A DNA stretch of 36,504 nt from Thermoleophilia bacterium (GTDB taxonomy: Bacteria; Actinomycetota; Thermoleophilia; Gaiellales; F1-60-MAGs149). Shown piece after piece: positions 31,309 to 36,504 of this stretch. The number at the start of each line of letters is the position of its first letter. Position 1 is the first letter of the stretch. The notes beneath the pieces were generated by a model that had not been told where the DNA came from, ran no database searches, and saw only the letters and a program-made list of their open reading frames with translations. The DNA is taken from the NCBI GenBank assembly GCA_016462095.1, contig JAEMTW010000001.1, forward strand, positions 6,536 to 43,039, in the 5' to 3' direction. The position numbers and the translations under genes were made by a program.

Positions 31309-33207
31309 TTGTTGACTGTGAAATCCTCTCATCAGGGTTCGACCACACCAGGGAGTCACGTCCCTCAGGGCAGGCTCGTCCTGCTCGCATTCGGCGCCAT
31401 CGGCATCATCTACGGCGATATTGGCACGAGTCCGTTGTACGCGTTTCAAGCTGCCTTCAACGATGTCTTTGGCCTCAGTACAAATCGGGAGGAGGTGCTC
31501 GGTCTCCTCTCGTTGTTCATCTGGACGCTCGTGTTGGTGGTCACGGTCAAGTACATCGTGGTGATCATGCGGGCCGATAATGAGGGGGAGGGCGGCACGC
31601 TTGCGTTGGGCGTACTTGCACTCCGGTACGTGCAACAACGGCATCGCGTCGTGGTGATTGCGATCAGCATGCTCGCGATCTCGTTGTTTGCGGCTGACGG
31701 GATTTTGACGCCGAGCATTTCGGTGCTGTCTGCGATTGAGGGACTCTCGATGGTGATGCCGGGCGTCTCGAGCTTCGAGGACGACATTGCACTGGCGATT
31801 CTGGCGGTCTTGTTTCTGGCCCAGCGATTTGGCACGGGCAAGATCGGTCATGTCTTTGGCCCCATCATGGTGCTCTGGTTTGCTGCGATTGCGGCACTTG
31901 GTGTGCGAGCAATCATTGGCAATCCGGAGGTGCTGGCGGCGATCAACCCGCTCTATGCGGCGGAGCTCGTGGTGCGCCATCCGTTGCTGACGTTCGTCTT
32001 GCTTGGCGCGGTCACCTTGGCGATCACGGGAGTCGAGGCGCTCTATGCCGATATGGGTCACTTCGGGCGCCGTCCAATTGCTGCCTCGTGGCTCGTCGTG
32101 GTACTCCCTGCGCTGACTCTCTGCTATCTCGGCCAGGGCGCGCTCGTTCTAGAGAATCCGTCGGCAGCGACGAATTCGTTTTACCTCCTCGTGCCATCAC
32201 AACTCCTCGTCCCGATGATTGTGCTCGCGACGCTGGCGACCATCATTGCCTCGCAGGCGGTGATCTCGGGCATGTTTACGGTCGCACAACAGGCGATGAG
32301 GCTTGGGTGGATACCGCGCATGCGCGTGCTGCACACCTCGAAGACGGTCAGGGGCCAGATTACGGTGCCGATTGTCACGTTGCTGATGTTTCTCGGAGTT
32401 GCCGGCACGGTGCTCAACTTTGAAACCTCCGCACGCCTCGCCAATGCCTACGGCTTGACCGTCACCGGAACGCTGTTGTGCACGACGCTCCTTGCCGTGG
32501 TCGTGGCACGGCACCAATGGCAGTGGCCTGTCTGGCGAATCGTTGCGATTTTCGTGCCGATGGCAATCATCGACGTTGCCTTCTTTAGCGCCAACCTTGC
32601 CAAAATTGTGCACGGTGCGTGGTTCACGTTGTTGATCGCAGCGCTTCTGTTGTTGCTCATTCAGGCCTGGACACGGAGCCGGGACAAAGCGCTCGCCGCG
32701 ATCGAGCAGATGTCGCTTGATGTCCCTGCCTACCTGCAGCTCGTGGAGCGCACCGGACCTGCCCGAACGATCGGGACTGGCGTTCATCTTGCGTCTCGGG
32801 TCGATCGGGTCCCGCGGACGCTGGCTGCCACGTGCGCCGTACTGGAGACAGTTTTTGAGCAGACCATCATGATCACGGTCGAGACGGCCAACACGCCGCT
32901 GGTGGCCGAGCAGACGCAGGTCGAAGAGGTTGCGCCCGGTATCTGGCATATCGTCTTTCGGCACGGCTTCGCTGAGGCTGCTGATATCCCACGTGCGCTG
33001 AGTGAGAGCGCATTGGGGAGTCAGATCGATCCGTTGACCACCACGTATTTCGTCGGGCGCGACAGCATCAATGTGGTGTCGAAGGGGTTGGCAAAGATTC
33101 CGCTCAGGCTCTTCGCGATGCTCCATCAGCATTCGCAAGGGGCGACAGAGTTCTTTGGCATGCCGTCGTCGCGGACGATCACGATTGGGGCGCGCATCGA
33201 CCTCTAG
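31309..33207 (+). CDS. kup: KUP/HAK/KT-family potassium uptake protein
   Basis: Signature FGAIGIIYGDIGTSPLYAF, GEGGTLAL, EALYADMGHFG, about 12 TM helices and a cytoplasmic C-terminal domain. The start is uncertain (TTG 31309/31312 or GTG 31318). Confidence 0.9.
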   Translation: MLTVKSSHQGSTTPGSHVPQGRLVLLAFGAIGIIYGDIGTSPLYAFQAAFNDVFGLSTNREEVLGLLSLFIWTLVLVVTVKYIVVIMRADNEGEGGTLALGVLALRYVQQRHRVVVIAISMLAISLFAADGILTPSISVLSAIEGLSMVMPGVSSFEDDIALAILAVLFLAQRFGTGKIGHVFGPIMVLWFAAIAALGVRAIIGNPEVLAAINPLYAAELVVRHPLLTFVLLGAVTLAITGVEALYADMGHFGRRPIAASWLVVVLPALTLCYLGQGALVLENPSAATNSFYLLVPSQLLVPMIVLATLATIIASQAVISGMFTVAQQAMRLGWIPRMRVLHTSKTVRGQITVPIVTLLMFLGVAGTVLNFETSARLANAYGLTVTGTLLCTTLLAVVVARHQWQWPVWRIVAIFVPMAIIDVAFFSANLAKIVHGAWFTLLIAALLLLLIQAWTRSRDKALAAIEQMSLDVPAYLQLVERTGPARTIGTGVHLASRVDRVPRTLAATCAVLETVFEQTIMITVETANTPLVAEQTQVEEVAPGIWHIVFRHGFAEAADIPRALSESALGSQIDPLTTTYFVGRDSINVVSKGLAKIPLRLFAMLHQHSQGATEFFGMPSSRTITIGARIDL

Positions 33208-34085
33208 GTCGTGGTGCGTGCGGCGTCGAGGAGCGCGCGCGTGAGAGTCGGCAGCGGGTCGCGGTCGGGGACGACGACGCCAATGCGTTGTTCGACGGTT
33301 GGGTCGGTCAGGGGGATCGCGACGATCGAGTCGGGTAGCGCGCCTCCGTCGATCCATGAGGTCGGCCCGATCGTGCACCAACGACCGTGGGCGACGTGCT
33401 CCCAGAGCGGCACGATGTCGTCCGATTCGACGCGCGGTGAGGGCGCCGTACCAGCCGTCGTGAAGGCCGTGTCGATGATGCGCCGATTCTGCATGTTCGC
33501 GGTCAACAGGCAGAGCGGGAGGTCGGCGGCCTCGCGCCAGGTCAGCGAGGTGCGCGCGGCAATCGCATCGTCTTTGTGGGCATAGAGGACGTAGCGTTCC
33601 TGGGCGACGGGAATTGCGCGGACGCCACGGAGTGGCTCGTTATCGAGGTAGGTGATACCCGCATCGATTTCGAACTCGAGCAGGCGCCGTTCGATCTCGC
33701 GGCTGGCGAGCGAGAGCACGGTCACGGAGACGTCGGGGTGGAGTGCGGTGACGGCGGCCGAGAGCGCACTGGCAATCGGCAGTGCAGTTGGAATGGCGCC
33801 GAGGCGTAGGCGGCCAGTGACCGCGCCCTGCATCGAGGCGAGGTCTTCGCGCAGGCCATCGGCGTCGGCGAGGATGCGGTGCGCCCAGGCTACGACACGT
33901 TCTCCCTCGGGTGTTAGACCTGCATAGCGGCGTCCACGAATCACGATCGGGACACCCAACTCGGCTTCTAGGCTGCGGATACCAGCACTCAGCGATGGCT
34001 GCGAGACATGACAGGCGGCAGCGGCATGGCCAAAGTGGCGTTCGCGAGCCAGCGCGGTGACGTACTCCAGTTGACGCAGCTGCAT
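33204..34085 (-). CDS. LysR-family transcriptional regulator
   Basis: N-terminal wHTH (MQLRQLEYVTALARERHFGHAAAACHVSQPSLSAGIRSLEAELG) plus a LysR substrate-binding domain. I place the start at the ATG at 34085; the track start at 34196 crosses into fdhD. Confidence 0.9.
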   Translation of the reverse strand: MQLRQLEYVTALARERHFGHAAAACHVSQPSLSAGIRSLEAELGVPIVIRGRRYAGLTPEGERVVAWAHRILADADGLREDLASMQGAVTGRLRLGAIPTALPIASALSAAVTALHPDVSVTVLSLASREIERRLLEFEIDAGITYLDNEPLRGVRAIPVAQERYVLYAHKDDAIAARTSLTWREAADLPLCLLTANMQNRRIIDTAFTTAGTAPSPRVESDDIVPLWEHVAHGRWCTIGPTSWIDGGALPDSIVAIPLTDPTVEQRIGVVVPDRDPLPTLTRALLDAARTTT

Positions 34086-34094
34086 GCGACAATG

Positions 34095-34109
34095 ATAGCC
34101 CCTGCCTAT
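34095..34109. promoter_or_regulatory. LysR-type T-N11-A box (ATAG-N7-CTAT) in the lysR/fdhD divergent region
   Basis: ATAGcccctgcCTAT is a perfect 4+4 dyad that fits the generic LTTR T-N11-A motif. It lies 10 nt upstream of the lysR ATG. Binding is inferred, not shown. Confidence 0.45.
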
Positions 34110-34116
34110 CAACCGG

Positions 34117-35046
34117 TTGACGAATGCACCTTGCCCGCCGCCCGCAGCGGGAGGATGCTTGAACCGGACGCTTTCCCTGGACTCAATCATCGACATCTCC
34201 GACCGCCCACCGCTTGCAGGACCTACCGCCGATGTCGGCGTGCTGAGCCTTGCGCGCGGCGAACGTCCGGTCGAAAAGCGCGATCGCGTGGCCGGCGAGG
34301 AACCACTCGAGATTCGCGTTGGTGGCCCCGGTCAAGAACTGAGCCAGGTGGCCGTGACGATGCGCACCCCCGGCGCCGACTTCGAACTCGCCGCCGGGTT
34401 TCTCTTGACTGAGGGGTTCGTGGTCGACGGGAGCGAGATCGCGGATATCCGCTACTGCGCCGATGTCGCGAACGCCGAGCAGCAGTACAACGTGCTGTCC
34501 GTGCGGCTGACGAAACCGTTTGACGCGACCTCGCTGCAGCGCAACATGTTCGCCTCGTCGAGTTGCGGGGTCTGTGGCAAAGCGTCGATCGACATGATCG
34601 AGGTCGCCTGCCGACCGCTGCCCGAGGGGCCTGTGGTGGCGTTCGAAACGCTGCTCGAATTGCCCGAGTTGCTGCGCGCCAAGCAGCGCCAGTTCGACCG
34701 CACTGGTGGAATCCATGCGACCGGTCTGTTTACGCCCACCGGCACGCTCGTCGAGCTGCGCGAGGACATTGGTCGGCACAACGCGATGGACAAGGCGATT
34801 GGTGCGCGACTGATGGCGGGCCAGTCACCGCTGCACGACACCGTTGCACTCGTTTCGGGGCGCGCCGGTTTCGAACTCGTCCAGAAGGCAGCCGTCGCGG
34901 GCATTCCGATCGTGGCCGCAGTTGGTGCTCCGTCGAGCATCGCCGTGCAAGCCGCCAAGCGTCTCGGCGTCACGCTCGTGGGCTTCTTGCGCGACGACCG
35001 TGCCAACGTCTACTCGCATACGCAACGCATCGCGGTCGATTCGTGA
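34117..35046 (+). CDS. fdhD: Formate dehydrogenase accessory sulfurtransferase FdhD
   Basis: Hallmarks are SSCGVCGKASID, TGGIHATG, DIGRHNAMDKAIG and SGRAGFELVQKAAVAGIP. The 3' end is secure. The start is uncertain: TTG 34117 is the longest option, but TTG near 34159 or GTG near 34237 are more likely given the LysR box and typical FdhD length. Confidence 0.85.
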   Translation: MTNAPCPPPAAGGCLNRTLSLDSIIDISDRPPLAGPTADVGVLSLARGERPVEKRDRVAGEEPLEIRVGGPGQELSQVAVTMRTPGADFELAAGFLLTEGFVVDGSEIADIRYCADVANAEQQYNVLSVRLTKPFDATSLQRNMFASSSCGVCGKASIDMIEVACRPLPEGPVVAFETLLELPELLRAKQRQFDRTGGIHATGLFTPTGTLVELREDIGRHNAMDKAIGARLMAGQSPLHDTVALVSGRAGFELVQKAAVAGIPIVAAVGAPSSIAVQAAKRLGVTLVGFLRDDRANVYSHTQRIAVDS

Positions 35047-36209
35047 GCCACGATCCAGACCCAGCCGAGGCCTGGAAGCGCTGGCACGCTGCGCTGGCCG
35101 AGGCAGCCTTCGTGGTGCCGCTTGCCTCCGAGCGCGTGCCGGTCGGCGAGGCGGTTGGGCGCATCGCCGCGAAGCCAGTCAGCGCAGTCCGTCCATCGCC
35201 ACCACTGCGGGTTGCTGCGATGGATGGAATCTCAGTGCGTGCGCGCGACACGGAGGGTGCGCCCACGCGCATTGCTCCGACCGATTTCGCGCTGGTCGAC
35301 ACGGGGGCACCTGTGCCCGACGGCTTCGATGCTGTTGTCGTGCGCGAGCAGGTGACAATCGACGAGGCGGGTGCGCTCGTGCAAGAGACGGTCATGCCCG
35401 GTCGACATGTGCGGCCAGTCGGTGAGGACATTCCACTCGATCAGGTGCTGATCCAGGCCGGCCAACGGCTCGGTGCCTTCGACGTTGCGCTCATCGCGGC
35501 GGCAGGGCAGCCAGTGGTTGACGTGGTCTGTCAGCCTGGCGTGGCGGTAATTCCCACCGGGGACGAGCTGCGCTCATCGGGCGAGCGACTCGACGCCCAC
35601 CACGTGATCGACTCGAATGGGCCGATGCTGATTGCACAGGCACGAGCGGACGGTGCGCGGGCCACACTGCACCCACGCGTGCCGGACGACCCAAAGCTGC
35701 TGGGCGAAGAGGTGATGCGCGCGGTGCTCTCGAACGATCTGGTGCTGCTTGTGGCGGGCTCTTCGCGTGGTCACCGAGACTATGCGCGCGAGGTACTCGA
35801 AGAGCTGGGTGAGGTCGCGGTCGATGGCGTCGCGGTGCGGCCCGGCCATCCGGTATTGCTGGCTGTTGTCGGCACCACACCCGTGATTGGGGTACCGGGC
35901 TATCCCGTCTCGGCCGCCTTTACCTACGAGCTGTTTGCGCGCCCGTTGCTGGGTGAACTCTTGGGCGCTATCCCTCCCCGGCCAGCACTCGAGGTACGGC
36001 TTGCTGAGGCTGTTGGTGGGCGCGACGACTCGACCTGCATGGTTGCGGTCGAGCTCGACTCCGTCTACGGGGACATGCCAACAGCGACGCCGTGTGCCCG
36101 CCGGGCGGGTGCTCTGCGCTCGTTGGCCGGTGCAGATGGCTACGTGACCGTGCCGCCCGGCGAGGGGTTTGCCATGGGCGCTGTTGTCACCGCACTCTTG
36201 TTTGCTTAG
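35043..36209 (+). CDS. moeA: Molybdopterin molybdotransferase MoeA
   Basis: Motifs are MDGISVRA, PGRHVRPVGEDI, VIPTGDEL, DSNGPML, VAGSSRGHRDY, VAVRPGHP and GVPGYPVSA. The GTG at 35043 overlaps the fdhD TGA as GTGA. The track ORF start at 34563 lies inside fdhD. Confidence 0.85.
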   Translation: MSHDPDPAEAWKRWHAALAEAAFVVPLASERVPVGEAVGRIAAKPVSAVRPSPPLRVAAMDGISVRARDTEGAPTRIAPTDFALVDTGAPVPDGFDAVVVREQVTIDEAGALVQETVMPGRHVRPVGEDIPLDQVLIQAGQRLGAFDVALIAAAGQPVVDVVCQPGVAVIPTGDELRSSGERLDAHHVIDSNGPMLIAQARADGARATLHPRVPDDPKLLGEEVMRAVLSNDLVLLVAGSSRGHRDYAREVLEELGEVAVDGVAVRPGHPVLLAVVGTTPVIGVPGYPVSAAFTYELFARPLLGELLGAIPPRPALEVRLAEAVGGRDDSTCMVAVELDSVYGDMPTATPCARRAGALRSLAGADGYVTVPPGEGFAMGAVVTALLFA

Positions 36210-36218
36210 AGTGACGTC

Positions 36219-36504
36219 ATGTCCACTCCTCGCACCCGCGTCAAGCGCCTCCCAAAGCGTGGCCAGTACGATCGCTCGACGATTGACGCGATTCTCGACG
36301 AGGCAATCGTCTGCCACATCGGCATCGAGGTCGACGGCCAGCCCTACGTGATTCCCTCGCTGCACGCCCGCGTGGGGGACACGCTCTATCTGCACGGGTC
36401 GAGCGCGAGCCGCACGCTGCGGACACTCGCAGGTGGTGCGCCGTGCTGCGTGACGGTCACGCTGGTGGATGGTCTGGTGTTGGCGCGCGCCGTCTTCGAT
36501 CAAT
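36219..36504 (+). CDS. Pyridoxamine 5'-phosphate oxidase-family (PPOX class, flavin/F420-binding split-barrel) protein; the 3' end lies outside the window
   Basis: This ORF is not in the ORF track because it runs off the end. My translation from the ATG at 36219 is MSTPRTRVKRLPKRGQYDRSTIDAILDEAIVCHIGIEVDGQPYVIPSLHARVGDTLYLHGSSASRTLRTLAGGAPCCVTVTLVDGLVLARAVFDQ. The pattern (R.P.RG.YDR..I.AILDEA..CH.G...DG.P.VIP..H.R.GD.LYLHGS..SR) is typical of this family. Confidence 0.75.
   Translation, partial: MSTPRTRVKRLPKRGQYDRSTIDAILDEAIVCHIGIEVDGQPYVIPSLHARVGDTLYLHGSSASRTLRTLAGGAPCCVTVTLVDGLVLARAVFDQ

Noticed and set aside
32197-33381. 394-aa ORF on the minus strand
   Set aside because: It is antisense to kup. 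The composition is extremely Arg/Asp/His/Pro-rich, whereas the kup frame has unambiguous family signatures.
35574-36503. 309-aa ORF on the minus strand
   Set aside because: It is antisense to moeA and to the PPOX-family gene, both of which have clear family motifs in the plus frames.
1-36504. CRISPR arrays, IS elements, transposases, rRNA
   Set aside because: I saw no regularly spaced short direct repeats, no terminal inverted repeats bracketing a transposase-like ORF and no rRNA-like sequence. The only sizeable repeats are the intragenic paralog duplications (GcvT pair, EamA pair).

Overview
GC-rich window with strong G/C third-codon-position bias, typical of an actinobacterial-type chromosome (the lineage is an inference). 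It is densely coding. I support 33 CDS and one tRNA-Lys(UUU). I found no rRNA, CRISPR array, transposase or integrase. Many long ORFs in the track are antisense shadows of the real genes, and several ORF-track starts are too far upstream. I re-called those starts using overlapping start/stop codons (ATGA, GTGA, TGATG) and Shine-Dalgarno (SD) sequences. Layout, left to right: (1) The 3' part of a YhaN/SbcC-like ATPase gene. (2) A seven-gene, tightly coupled minus-strand unit: SIS sugar isomerase, a 60-aa ORF, an APH-type kinase, AlkA, an acyl-CoA synthetase, a holin-like 4TM/alkaline-phosphatase fusion, and an MBL hydrolase. (3) A ROK kinase, an orphan LivJ-type binding protein and membrane proteins. 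(4) A bacterial CASTOR/POLLUX-type RCK channel. (5) tRNA-Lys. (6) A minus-strand unit of Fpg/Nei, an Fe-S (6-4) photolyase/cryptochrome (PhrB/CryB type), AlgH and an MFS transporter, sitting behind a 34-bp near-perfect palindrome. (7) A flavoprotein/tetrahydrofolate (THF) cluster: an amine-oxidase-like flavoprotein, a SolA-like oxidase, a SirB1-like protein, an unknown domain fused to GcvT, a tandem GcvT paralog and a degenerate glutamate-racemase-like protein. This cluster faces an MttB-family methyltransferase operon that carries two tandem EamA transporters. (8) kup, a LysR regulator, fdhD, moeA and the start of a PPOX-family gene. Most interesting: a roughly 1.3-kb compositionally foreign two-gene module (HTH protein plus minimal nucleotidyltransferase, toxin-antitoxin (TA) or defence-like) behind an almost pure A/T promoter, wedged into the methylamine-type cluster. 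Also notable are the unknown N-terminal domain fused to GcvT, the catalytically degenerate MurI-like gene coupled to the GcvT pair, and the MttB gene with no corrinoid partner. All family assignments come from motifs read by eye. No database search was run.
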